DNA from: Ramazzottius varieornatus
Taxonomy: Eukaryota > Animalia > Tardigrada
Direction of reading: 5' to 3'
Length of the DNA stretch: 64,000 nucleotides
Assembly (NCBI GenBank): GCA_001949185.1
Contig: BDGG01000007.1
Coordinates: 1,694,730-1,758,729 of the forward strand
Shown here: positions 49,101 through 61,436 of the stretch, piece by piece
How the letters are laid out: the number at the start of each line of letters is the position of its first letter
Numbering within the stretch: position 1 is the stretch's first letter
Notes under the pieces: model-generated
The model's input: the letters and a program-made list of their open reading frames with translations, nothing else
Database searches by the model: none
What the model was told of the DNA's origin: nothing
Made by a program: the position numbers and the translations under genes

Positions 49101-52100
49101 TCTTTGAATATTGTAAAGCTTCGTTGGTCGAAGGTGGCTGTTTTGATTTGGGAACGTTCGACTTTCAGCTGAAGACCTCAGACCTGATCTGCATATTTTC
49201 ATGCGAAGAGATTGTCACCTTGAGAGCCTGGCGATAGGAGGAGGGCTAATCAACACTAGGGTTGTATAGTGTCGGATAGATGGGTAATCAGGTGGAAGGG
49301 TGACTATCTTGCTGGCACAATCGCCAGCCTGCAGCTTCACCTTTCTTCTATTCTTCCTTTCTTGTCGATGCAGCTTCAGGAGGTTTTATGGCCGGGCCAG
49401 ATGTAAATCAGGATCATATTTCATGGGGCGCTTTTGTCATGCTCGAACATTTGCCGGACAGGCAGGCCGGAGGAGAGCTGGAGGATAGGTCAGACAGGTC
49501 CATGTCGCAGGCAGGGAAGACAATGGCCGGTGTATAACATTGAATTAAGCAGACACTGTCTGCATACAGCCATGATTGATTACTTCATTTATTGATGCAT
49601 CGCGTCGAGCTGCTAAAGCTATTACTGTAATGGGAGGTGTAATGTAACCTGCAACGACCATCCGCACTAGAGACAATAGGCCATAATAGACGGGCTGCTG
49701 CCATCCCAACGGTCTATCAAAATACCTAATGTATCGCCAGTGTTTTCCGGGGAATACTTTCTTGACAAACGATGCAATTAGATTGTCTCCGACACATGTC
49801 ACTGTTTCCTTGGGTTTCCGTCAAGATCCTCATAGGCTAGCAAGTGCGTTTCTCCTGGGCAGCATTGAAAGTCGAGGAGGATACTGCAGCTGTCCAGCAA
49901 GACGTTTGACGTTTGGTAGAAATTTGGTGATATGTGAGGGCGAGGAAAGTGGACTGAAGTTAAGCCGGTGTAATGCGGGGGAGCAAAGACAGGTTAAGTC
50001 GCGGCATGATCCGGCCAGTCTTTACAGCCAGGCTTGTCCGGCTCGGCTGGCGCTTCTTGTAAATCTCGGCATGTGCGGTTAACGCCCTGTTTCCCCCCAC
50101 AAGCTCAACAAGTCCGGATCCACTGGACAATTTGCTTAGAAATGAACTGGCCAACTTTGGGCAGGGATTTACGGCTTAATTTTCTCCTATCCATGTCTTG
50201 ACATGACGTTATTCCGTACAGAATGAAGTTAAGAGGCGCGCGAGGCCGTCCAAATACGTGATACACATGTTTGAGGTTAGTTTGCGGCCTCAATTTAAGC
50301 TCTTTTATTATCCTGACCAGCTTCCTCTTGTGTCGGCAACTGCCCTTAATAGCTCCCTTTTTGTGGTCCATCGTCCACTTGAGGCAACTGGTCTGCTGGG
50401 GACTTTATGGAGGTTCGTAAAGAAGATAGCGTCGACCACTGGAAAATAGAATGTAAAATCAAGCGTCGGGAAGAAAGGCCGGGAGAGGGAGGAATCAAAT
50501 TGGGTTGCAGTTACAGATACGAGCCATCATTTGTGTCTGGTATATAGTAGCAAATTATCCGTGTGAAGAAGCTTGGCATTCGGAGATATTTTCCGCTCGA
50601 GAAAGTACCTAGCATTCCGCCATTGCGTCTTGAAGTTGACAGCAAAGATCCCCCCGTTGCCATTTGCATGTCAATGCTCACAATTGAACAGGCTCCTCTG
50701 AATGCTCCAAGCATATTTACTACCATGTTTATTGCGCTATTTAATACAGACTCGTTTTCCAGCCACAGTCGTAAACGTCGTAACTTATATTGGTTTGCTG
50801 ATTGATATGTAGACTTGTCCATTGAAGGGAGAAATATGCCTTGTTCGAAGTAAAAAATGATGATGATCGATAAATCATTTGCTCAAATAGGCTTCAAAGG
50901 TGACCATGTTTGTTTACATGTTGATTATTCATAGTCGAGCGCAACGTTGAGCAGTGTATCCTTCTTCTCAATAAACATGTCACCAAACGCGCTCCCAAAT
51001 AGGGGATTGAAATATTTCCAAAAATGGGACATGAAAGATTTTGGTCAAATTGCTTTGCATCGATTCGAGATGGCTAAATGAGGTGAAATATTGTTTTGGG
51101 CGGACGCAGCTAACTTTTGTATTTCCCCGGAGAGAAGTGTTCCAAAACCGGGATGTGTCACTGGGTATTAAATCTTTGTAGCGCCAAGGAGAGGGCGCGA
51201 TATGAAGTGGTCCGTCTTATATCAATATGCGGAAGATGAATTAAAGCTGTCGGGAGGAAAGGCTGACATGCTCATTTTTGTCCTATATATCCCATCCTTG
51301 TGGCTCAATCCAGTCGTGACGAGGCTCTCGTGCCAAAATCAATCAACTTTGAAGCAAAGTATGTATTTTTCACGCAAAATCCGGCGCGAAGAGCGGCTAG
51401 CAAAGTGGCCTACATGTGTTTTTCCATGCACTAAAAGGCGGCACCGCGTGAGATCGGCAGCGGAAGGAAGAGACCGCTTGTACGGTAAATGGAGCCGCTG
51501 TCAGTTTAGCCGCTTATCCAGAAATGTTGTTTTGCAGAGCGGTAAGATGATCGCTATATTTAGGCTGTCTATTTCTTTGGCTAAAATGCCCCTGTTTGAC
51601 CACTGAAGGCAGATCGAAATGGATAGATATGTCTTGTTACATCTGCTGTTTTGCAATATTGTCACTTGTAAGCAGATCGCCTTACAGGTCAATCTCCATC
51701 TCCTGCTAATCCAAAATGGCCATCCACCCCCTTCGCAAAACAATCCAGTTTTCAAGCGTTTACTCCACCAGGGAACTTTCTAAATCTTCAGGAAGATTCA
51801 GCTATGAAAACACACATTGATATTAGGCTGACTTCCCTCTGCAGTATGCATACACTGGTCGATGAGGTTCCTAATCTGTTCGTTTATTTTTGCAGGTGTC
51901 CTCGAGAAGCGCTGAAGGGCGATAGTGCCTCGACGATGACCAGTGCCGAGATGCATCCTTCCCATTGCAGCCTGACAGGTTCCCTGTCGAGTAGCGCTTC
52001 ATTCCGTCGCAGTGAACGAGCCCGTCGACGAGTGGCGGAATGCGCACCCGGAAGTCCCAGTAGTGCACCCTCTTATCGCTGCCACAACATGCCACCAGTC

Positions 52101-55100
52101 CGACTCCCCTCCGCAGCCATCACCCACGAACCCTACTTCACCAACTTTGCTCAACTTCTCCGCAAGAACATGCCGCCTGCTCCACCACAGCTCCTGAAGA
52201 ACCCTGGCAGGAAAGACAACGGACCCGGCAAGGTAAGAATTGGCCAAAGTGATGTGTGATAATGTTGTGTAATGCGATGAAATATGTTGTGGCAATGCCA
52301 GAGACGTTTCAAAAGCATCAGTCAGCAGTAGGAAAACATTATGGTTTCGGTGGATGGTAAGACACGTCATCGATGAGAGGGACTATGCAGTACAGCATAT
52401 AATCTATTAGTAGAGGCATTTTGGCGATTAGGCTAAGCTTTACGGCTGGCCAGCTTGGGCTCAATCATCGCAACTTCCGGGTGCTATAACGGCTCTGGAT
52501 ATCTTCCTGCTGTATAATGCGCTGGGGCTGAGCTTGGGCATCAGGGCCATTATCGGGGTGGGCATATCTGGTTGGGCTCTGGCAATTGACAAGAATGCCA
52601 GCCTATTAATCTCCTATGGACGATGATGGATAAATGGCATTGAGTGCTAATGTCCAGCGCTCATCCCCACTGTATCGAAATGAAGGAGCCATCGTCCCTA
52701 AGCCCAACAAACACGGCCAAGAGGACATCCGGCCATTGCGTCTGTTGACCAATCTCCCCATGGCCGTCCTAGGTCTAACGAGACAAAAGCAGGAAGATAT
52801 CTGACCGGAAGAAGCGCCGCTCAGTGCGCCTATATACTTATTGTAATGAGATGCGCAAGATGCACTGTACTGGAATTATTCCCGCTCGTCATATATTACC
52901 GAATGTAGGACACTTTGTAGTCAATTGATACATATTGAATATGGGCAAAAAGTGTCGGAAAGAGACAAACGCTGTCGAGCGTCATAATCCTCATCAATAT
53001 GCATCAAGGATAGTCTACAATAAGCCTCTCACGTGCCGCCTCTGTCTTGCATCATCGCTACTTTACCCCAACTCTCTGTCGGCTTAGCGAAAAAAATACA
53101 CAAAAATGCTGGTAATTTTTGTGTTGGTCTGGTTGTAGGTCAAAGTCTTGTTGAGAGTGGCCGGCCCGCAAGAAGAGAGCGGAACTTCGTGGATGAGCAT
53201 TGATCAGCGCCGGAAGCAAGTCAATCTGCTGGATCCCAGCATGGTGGCGCACTACTCGAGCTCCACTGTCGCCCAACGCTCACGTTCGGCCCTTCCGCCC
53301 GCTCCCAAGATGTTCACTTTCGATAGTATCTTCGCCCCAGATACTTCGCAGAGCGAGATGGCCGCCACGGCCTTGGTCGACCTCCTCCACTCCGTCGTCA
53401 ACGGCGTCGATGGGTGCCTCATCAGCCATGGTCAAGCCAAACTCGGTAAGGTTAGCATTCCTCTTGATATTTCCAGAGGTTCTTTACCTCACTCTAATGC
53501 TAAATGGGGAAAATTGTGGCATAAGTCAGCAAAGCAACCTCAACAAGATTGATTTTCCAAGTGGTGCATGGTATTAGCCACTAGTACCGGAAACGTGCGC
53601 CACTTGGGAACGCAACTGGATCGTCTTCCCAAGTGGCGCACGGTGTCGGCTACTAGCACCGGTTGCGTGCGTCATTTGGGTAAACAGTCTTGTCGAGTTC
53701 CCAGATACTATTCTCAGAGACTTCTGCTGAAGTATAAAAGTTTGGATGAGGTACGAAAAAGCCATGTTGGCAAGATGGGAGCACTTTGATGAATCATAGC
53801 CTGTCGTGCTGGGGGTGGAAAATGGTGATGGATGTGGTCTGTTCATAACGAGAAAGTAAGATGTGGCAATCAAGTACTCAAGTTGGAAGAATTGGTCGAC
53901 GTTATGTCGAGTTCGTGGTGACAGAGCGTGGACGATGATCCAATTGATAGGCTGCATAAATTGCAGAATTGACCGCAATATCCACTGGGGCTCTTCCAGC
54001 AAGCTTTCACGTGTTCCGCATATCCGCATATCCGCATGTTCACCCTCAGACAAACAAGGGACTCCTTAGCTGTAGTCAGCTTTAATAGCTTTGATATTGC
54101 ACTGTTTGCTGACACCTAATTGCATTAAAAGCTAAACTCAATGACATTACAAGCAGCACAATCAACCTCGGAATGCACACTTTGCAGCCAAATGCAAAAT
54201 TGAGTGGCATTTAGCACTAAAGTGAGGTAAAGGACCTCTGGAAATATCCTGGCCAGATTTCGCTGGGAGAAAATGTGGTCTATTAAAGCATTTTCTCGAC
54301 CACTGAAAAGCATCAGGCGACTTTTATCGATTCAGGAATCGACTCTGGCAGAAGTAATTAACCTATTTGTTGTGGTCTGCAGGCAAAACATACAGCGTGG
54401 TGGGTTGCGACTCGTCGGCTACTCATGCCGGACTAATCCCGTCAGCCATGAGCTGGCTGTTCCGCTTAATGGAAGAAGAGAAGGAAAAGTCGGGTGTACG
54501 CTACACCATCCGCATCTCGGCAGTGGAGGTTTCCGGCTCGCAAGAAACAGTGACGGACCTCTTGGCCGATCAAGCACTGGGTAAGAGCCTGGCTTCCCCT
54601 TTCTGGGTTAAAGACTCGGACTTCCGGCACTTCTTCTCGATATTCTCAATCCTCTTCCTTTGTTCACTGCGACCTCATTTATCTGACGTGCGTGCCTGAT
54701 TATTATAGATCACAAAGCGGGTAATGGTTCGCTGCCTTTTTGCGACGACCCACGCTTCTCCTGCCCGCTGCTGAACCCCAACGAACTGCTGGCTAATTCA
54801 GCGGAAGAAGCCGCTCGTCTCCTCGATCATTGCTTGTCCATCAGAAGGCAATCCGGCACATCTTCCAGCTCACACATGTTCTTCACCCTTCGTCTGTATC
54901 AGTATCGTCTTGATAAGAGCGGCGCCGGAGGAGGTAAAGGCCTTTTCCTCCCCTGACTTTTTTAGCTGATGGTCTTTCACAAGTCAAGATTGAACTGTCT
55001 TTTTTGTAGTGAGTGGCGACCGCAGTCGGTTAACGTTGATCGATCTGGGTAGTCAAGCTGGCGACTCGCTGTCCCTGTCGGGCTTGGGCAACGTCCTGCT

Positions 55101-57247
55101 GGCATTGATCAACGGCCAGAAGCATGTGCCCTGCAAGTAAGTCAACGATGGGCTGAAGTGTCTTCCTTCCTCCCTTGATTAGATAAAGCTGTCCAGCTTC
55201 CCTCCTTCCTTCAAGTGTTTTCCTGTACAAGAACAACACTGACTCTTCCGTTTGTGCTTTCTCAGGGACAGCAAGATCAGCCAACTTCTCCGCGACTCCC
55301 TCAGCAGCGTCAGCAGCCATACGGTCCTCCTCTGCCACGTCAGCTGTGCGACCGACAAGTACCACGAAAGCCTCTCCGTTGTCCAGATGGCCTCCAGAGT
55401 CCATCGCATGAGACGCAAGCGAATCCGAGTAAGGCCAAACTTGTTCAACTCTTCTGCCTTCTCGTGTCATTTTTCTATGGGCAATTTCAGAAAATGCCTG
55501 AACAGGTTGGAGCCCTGCACGGCCCTGTTAAACACGCGCTAGGCAGATTCAACTCTTGTTGAAACGAGCTAAAAATGTTCCGCAGCTTGCCGGCTTGAAA
55601 AGTTGGAAGCTGGCTAACCTGTCTAACGGTTCATTCTTGTTGCAGACGGGTGTGGGCAGTGCCTCTGGTGATTCCTGTCGGTTAACTTCGCGGACAGGCA
55701 GCTCGGAAGTCAGCTCCAGCGAAGCTTCCGCCGCCACCACCGTCATCTTTTGTGGAGGCAAGCCTCAGGCCAATGCCGAGTCGGACGGTGAGCGGCGCCT
55801 GCCATCCTCTCCTAGCCGTATTCAAACCAACCCTAACCTCAAGCTGGCACGCCTTCCAGCCAACTCGCCCAGTCTTCCCTCGGCTTTGGGTGGAGCACCA
55901 CAATCGCTCTTGTGCCTGTCACACAGTTCGCCTGTCCGACGACCCACCATTCCGCCTTCCCCTCTTGCAGGTAAGTCTCACAAGACTTACAAACCTTTCT
56001 CCCAAACCCTTCAATGCTCTGTCTGCCTATCTTAGGGGAATCCATCCAGCCTATTCTCCGACCCAAAATGACATCGCTGAAGTCGATCGCGGAAGATACG
56101 GCGCCTCCTCGAGTCGCCAGCAAGCCACCTCTGCGACGACGACGCGTGGAGTCACCGGTTGACCCGCACCGGCTGGACATGGTGCAGCAGTGGGTCGACC
56201 GCGAAGTCAGCCAGGACGCACCGCTGGTTGAGAGCGTTGTCACCTGTGATGCTGGTCAACAGGTGTCGCAGTTGGATATCCTCCATGAGACGCACGATGT
56301 CTGCATGGACACGCCGGAACCCCCAACCGCTGAACATTTTTCAAGTAAGAAAGAGTGCTCAAGTCAACATTGCGGTCCTAACCGGCTGTTCGTCTTACAA
56401 TAGGCAACGGCATGCAAGATTCCGACTTTGAGATCAACCAAGGAGATCTTGATGCTCTGGAGGCGCTAGCCTCTCAGCTCAGTTCACAGATGGACCTCTT
56501 CTCCTTCGACATGGAAAAGACCGACTCCGTTCAGCCATCTCGTCAGGACCAGAAAGAAGAGCAAGAAAAGACCTATCCTCCGCCACCGGCGCCGTTGCTG
56601 CCTAACCTCAAATGGGACAGCCTGTGGCTTCCGCCGACAGCCACTCACAAGACAGGCACTCCATCTCGGCAGCAGTCAAGTCTGCCTAAAAAGGCCGTCC
56701 CGCTGCATGTCATCCTCCCACCTGTGCCTGTCCGCTCTTCCAGTGTACCAAGACCCCGGCTAAAGAAAGCCACGGTGCTGACGACCTCACCTGTACCAAG
56801 TGAAGACTCGGGCCACGACAGCGCCTTCAGCTTGGCACGACCTACACTTCCGGTGAGTCTGCGCAAAAGCATAGTCTCCTCTTACATCGAACAATTTACA
56901 AGAAAATTCTGTGTTTTCAGGTCTCGACACGATTGGCGGGAAGTAAGTGCGGAAGTACCGTGGGTGTGAACAGTAAGCGTTCGCCCAGTCAGTCCAGTAG
57001 CGGACTGGGCAGTGATGGCAACAGCAGCGTGGGCAGTGCCGTACAGGTGTCGCCACCTACCAAGAGCGCCACAACGCTGGTCAATGGACTGAAGATGGAA
57101 GGCAGCAAGAGTCTACCCGCTACTCCGCGCCATCGACCTGCGCAACCTGAAGGCGCCAACAAGATGCTCCAGCCGCTCATCGTCAAGCAGAACCTGTGGA
57201 GTAAACTGCCCTGCTTCGGCGGCAATGGAGAAAGCGACATGGCTTGA
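43152..57247 (+). CDS. KIF26: Kinesin-11 family KIF26 / vab-8-like protein
   Basis: GK|[36 protein letters not shown]|KTYS (degenerate P-loop), [69 protein letters not shown], long Pro/Ser tail. Putative exon 1 (43152-43378, phase 2) matches the acceptor at 51896 but is less certain than the motor-domain exons from 53139. Confidence 0.88.
53466..54248. mobile_element. Non-autonomous inverted-repeat element (~780 bp) in a KIF26 intron
   Basis: Left GATATTTCCAGAGGTTCTTTACCTCACTCTAATGCTAAATG matches the reverse complement of right CATTTAGCACTAAAGTGAGGTAAAGGACCTCTGGAAATATC at ~38/41 positions. No TSD or transposase seen. Confidence 0.65.
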
Positions 57248-57810
57248 AAGAAACCATGTCGCCCTTCCCTCCCACTTCCAAACAGAAACTAGATTACAGC
57301 TGTTGTTTGTAGTAAATTGTCTGTACCTTGAGCAGTTGGAAGAAGTCTCCTTTTTTCTTTGAACGGTGACAGATTTTGGCGTTCCAGCCAGTATGAGCAA
57401 GGCGTGGAATAGATTCTCAGTTTTCTCTTTGTGGTGTGTTCTTGAATATCCTTGATGCAGTTCTTCCGTAGTAGTTTTGTGAGTTGGGAATAGAAATCCC
57501 TTTGCAGTTGATCATTAGCATAACTCGCATCAAGTCAGAAACGTAATCGGCACACAAGCCTGTGTAATACGGTGCAGGTGACGAACGCTGGACTTGAAAG
57601 TGAGCGGTGAGTGCAGTAGTAGATCTACAGTAGAAGCAGCTCAACTCTTGTTGCAAAAAGTAGCCTCTGACGAGGATATGGAAGTGATAGAGCTACAGGT
57701 AGCAAACTCCTTGTCGGCGCTTGTGAAATGGAGTTCCCGCAGATAAAAACCGAACACCCCATGATCAGCAGTCAGAACTGAACCGGATAAGTATTTTTTT
57801 TCGCGGTCGG

Positions 57811-58132
57811 TGAAGTCACGCATCCGGTACACGGAAGTGACGGAACTTCAAACGCTCCTAACTCTATTTTTTGCCATTGCGACTCATTGATATTTTTAGA
57901 TATGACAACTCCTCTCACTGGGATCTATTCAACGAGCTAAGAAAATCGGGGTCGAAAATTTCAACTGGCAAAATCGGGCCCAAATTTTCGATACCGATTT
58001 TCTTGTCTCATTCGACAGAGTTCGATGAGCAGAGCTTAGATATGTAAAAATATCACTGGGTCACAATGGCAAAAAATAGAGTTACCATCGTTTGAAGTTC
58101 CCACACTTCCGTGTACCGGATATATGACGTCA
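57811..58132. mobile_element. Foldback/MITE-like palindrome (~320 bp) between the convergent KIF26 and follistatin genes
   Basis: Arms of ~140 bp: ATCCGGTACACGGAAGTG..GGAACTTCAAACG..TAACTCTATTTTTTGCCATTG..GATATTTTTA..AAGAAAATCGG..TCGAAAATT, mirrored at ~57982-58121 around a short central spacer. Confidence 0.78.
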
Positions 58133-58623
58133 TGCGGGTGCCTGTCCGAGCGGAAACGGTTTAGTCAGTTACACAGCTCGTCTAGCGGAAGTTGACGTCA
58201 CTGTATTGAGGTGCATGTCTCTGCTAATCGATCAGCCGTCGACTATCACTTGTCACTTCCGCATGGGACCAGAAGATGTTCATTGTTAACCACTCGAGGG
58301 TAAGATTGTTGTCATTTCCATGTGAAAGTCCAAACGGAAGTGGTATACAAAAATAGCTGCATCAAATTTCAAATCGACATGATAACACAGAAGGAGAGCT
58401 GCATTAAAATCAACATTGTGCTAGACATGTCAGAGATTACAGAGATAGTGGTGAATAAATAAGAAAAAAGGGGGGTTTCAAATTTGGCCGGGAATTGTGA
58501 GCGACGGAGCAGAAAGAAATACAGCGTGTTGAAATGTCAGCTTCGGTGTCCGTCCTCAAGGAACGTCAGAACAAACAACAGATGTACATGACTGTCGGTT
58601 AAAACAAATCTTTTCATTCCTGG

Positions 58624-61436
58624 CTATCTCGTCGTCATGGTTATTGTGCTGTTGGCACTACTTGCGGCTAAGCAAGGTCCTATCCGTTCTACGTGGATGA
58701 GGAGGCCGAAGCTGCACGAGTTGTTGCGCAGCTGGCACCAGCTGGAATAGGTCACTCCGTCCGAGCCACAGACCGGCGTGGGAGGTGAGTCGCTGGACGT
58801 ATCGTTACACTCCAGGTCGCAACGAACACATCGAGGTGCTGGCTTGGCATGGCGGTTGTCCAGTAAGCACGTCTCGTCTTCTTTGCATTCCGTTTCCGTA
58901 CAACTGGCGCCATCTACCAAATGGACGACTCGTTCAAACATCTAGTTTGTAAAGTATTTATTAACGAAACCAACAAGATTTTTCGCCCCTTTCAAAATGT
59001 TAGGGAGCGCCACCGGGGAAATTCGACTACAAGGCTTTTTTCAAGTGGTGCACGCCACTTCCAGCCAACATCACTGGAACCGTGCGCCAGCTGAGATACC
59101 GATCTTGCAGGTTTAGTTTAATTTCCGGCTTCTCAAAACAGTCTTTGGGAACGTACATCTACAGGATCCGCGATGGGCGTATGTGATATTCTTGTCCTGG
59201 CTGAGGCAGGATGCACGGTTGAGGTGGCACATGTTATCGTAGGTGACGCCATCGGTGCCGCAAACGGGAACCTTGAAGTCGGGACAGTTGGTCATGCATC
59301 GGACACAGTAGGGATTATGGTCAGCGTCCAAGATGCAATGCTGGTCCTCACGGCAGGTCACTGTATCGCACGAACCTGCATCAAAAACACAGTAAATACT
59401 AGGATGACGGAAGACAAATTCCAGCGGTGCATTATAGAGAAAACAACGAAGGGAGAAGCTTACGTTGGCAGGATCCGTTATAGTTGACCCATTCGCGCAG
59501 CTGCTGCCGACAGTTGCGTTGCTTGAGATGGCACAGTGACTTGAAGGAGAGATTTTCCGAAGAGCAAATGGGCTGTAGTGGCGCCTCCTTGGTGCTGGCT
59601 GGGCAGTGGCGAGTGCAACCGCAGAAAGGATGACCCAGCTTGCGCAGTCCGCAAACTTGGTCCTCCGGACACTTAATGCCCCGGCACGAACCTGCAACGT
59701 GGCAAAACACACCCCAAATGAGTCAGTCTGACAAAGCCTTTAATGACAACTTGATTTCGTTGTCCTTGGTATGGTTCTTCTGCGACCAGCTCTTTCCATC
59801 AAAGGCGCGCTGATGCATCGCCTTGGAATTTTCACCAGAGGGACCACTTACGAGAGCAAGCTTGGCAGGCGGGTGCTCCGCCACCCAGAGCGCTCCAAAA
59901 GAATGTCTGCCCGTTATCGTAGTCTTCTTCGGTCCATCCCGCCAGACCTCCACCGATCTTGCAGCATTCTTCCTGAGTAATGTCCCGTTGAATAAGGTCT
60001 CTGCAACGCCCATTGTGTAGTACCGTCGACCAACATACTCCACCTAGGGAAAAAGAGAAAGCTAAATGACTGTACCTTTTCTTTACAATCAACAGCGTAC
60101 AGACTTCCTTTATTCTTCACAGTATTCTGTTTTTATGTCTTTTTATAACTGGCCTATCGAGCAACGAAAACTAAATGACTTTTCTCCGACTCATTTCCAC
60201 CAACATGTTTTTGGGGGAAAGGTTTGTGCGATCGGCTGTAGTAAATGGTACTGTGAGCCGATAAGCGAAATCCCAGACGGGGAAATATGCAAGCAATTTG
60301 TTGGCCACCACAAATACCAGCGGAGATTTCATAACACTTCCAAGAGATATTTACCAAACAGGCCGCCTATCCTCACTGCATTTTTCAATGAGAAGCCTGA
60401 GACTGTGCGATTATGCGGAGAAGCGGCATTTTTTCCCCTATACTGATAGACATGACAGCATGTCATGAGAAGGAGCCTTCCGCTGTCCCTGTTCTCGTGA
60501 CCAACAACGGGCCAAAGTAAAAGGAAACTAACGGCTGGATAATTGTCGAATTGTATTTCATTGAATGCAATTACGGACATTGAATCAAGAGGGAGTGGCC
60601 CTTGTCCGTGTCTGGGGTAATTATCTGTCTGCGCTCATTATACTGTCAAGAGCTGCCCGACAATATAGTAAAGGTGACCCTAATTGCGACTACCTACAGT
60701 GCCAGACTTGTTTTGCGCCCTTTCTTCAACCGGCAGTCCTCATCTATCAACCAAGCAGAGGCGGAAAGCAAGCGCCAAAGTCACAGAAATATGGTCTTTC
60801 AACCAACTATCGACGGAAACTTTTCTATCGAACGGAAAACCTTGTCAAACGACATTACCGTCCGGGTGGAGCAGCCACAAACGCCATTCCGAAAAACAAA
60901 AATCTGACTCATGTGGTCCTCAAGGCTATGGCGGCAATTAAGGTTCCCGTGCAAAAATATCAGCTCAACGACCTTTCGTTACCATGAGCTGGAGCCAATT
61001 CTTTGCAAGTCGAATTTGGAATTATTCATGTAAAGCTTATTGCGCAACCACGTATGAACCAACAGCTCTTCGAGCAGGGCGTGACTGGCCGCTCTCCTAC
61101 ATCATCGACGAAAAATGAACTGGCAACACGGATGTGATTCAATGGTTTCTGCGATTTCCATCGGAGAAGCACCATGTGACCACCAGATGAAATATTAATC
61201 CATCGACACTTCAATCACAAGACCGAGTCGCACGCGTAGCTCAATCATTCCTAAGCTGATGCAATCCTTTAATACTCAACAATTGGACAAGTTGCGACGC
61301 TCTATACTTTGGCTAGTTCTACGGTCAGACGGTAGGGAGACTTACCTTGGACAGTGTGGCAGGAGAGGAGGCAGCAGAGGAGGAAGAGTCCAATTGCTAG
61401 GCGACTTCCGTCTATGACTATCGATATCCGACCCAT
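58624..61436 (-). CDS. Fst: Follistatin (activin/TGF-beta antagonist)
   Basis: Exon 1 (61346-61436) encodes signal peptide MGRISIVIDGSRLAIGLFLLCCLLSCHTVQG. N-domain GVCWS..NGRC..TQEECC..WTEED..FFW..GGGAPACQAC, then three EGF-Kazal follistatin domains (PICSSENLSFKSLCHL, PVCGTDGVTYDNMCHL, PVCGSDGVTYSSWCQL), each on its own exon. Confidence 0.9.

Noticed and set aside
44000-51800. Many 60-146 aa ORFs inside the KIF26 first intron
   Set aside because: Random-looking composition, mostly non-ATG starts, no domains or splice-consistent chains.
53558-53700. Repeat-spacer pattern superficially resembling a CRISPR array
   Set aside because: Only two degenerate units, with similar spacers, inside a eukaryotic intron and with no cas genes.
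53139-55430. Degenerate P-loop (GQAKLGKT) and switch II (DLGS) in the kinesin
   Set aside because: Known normal property of KIF26/kinesin-11 proteins, so not novel.
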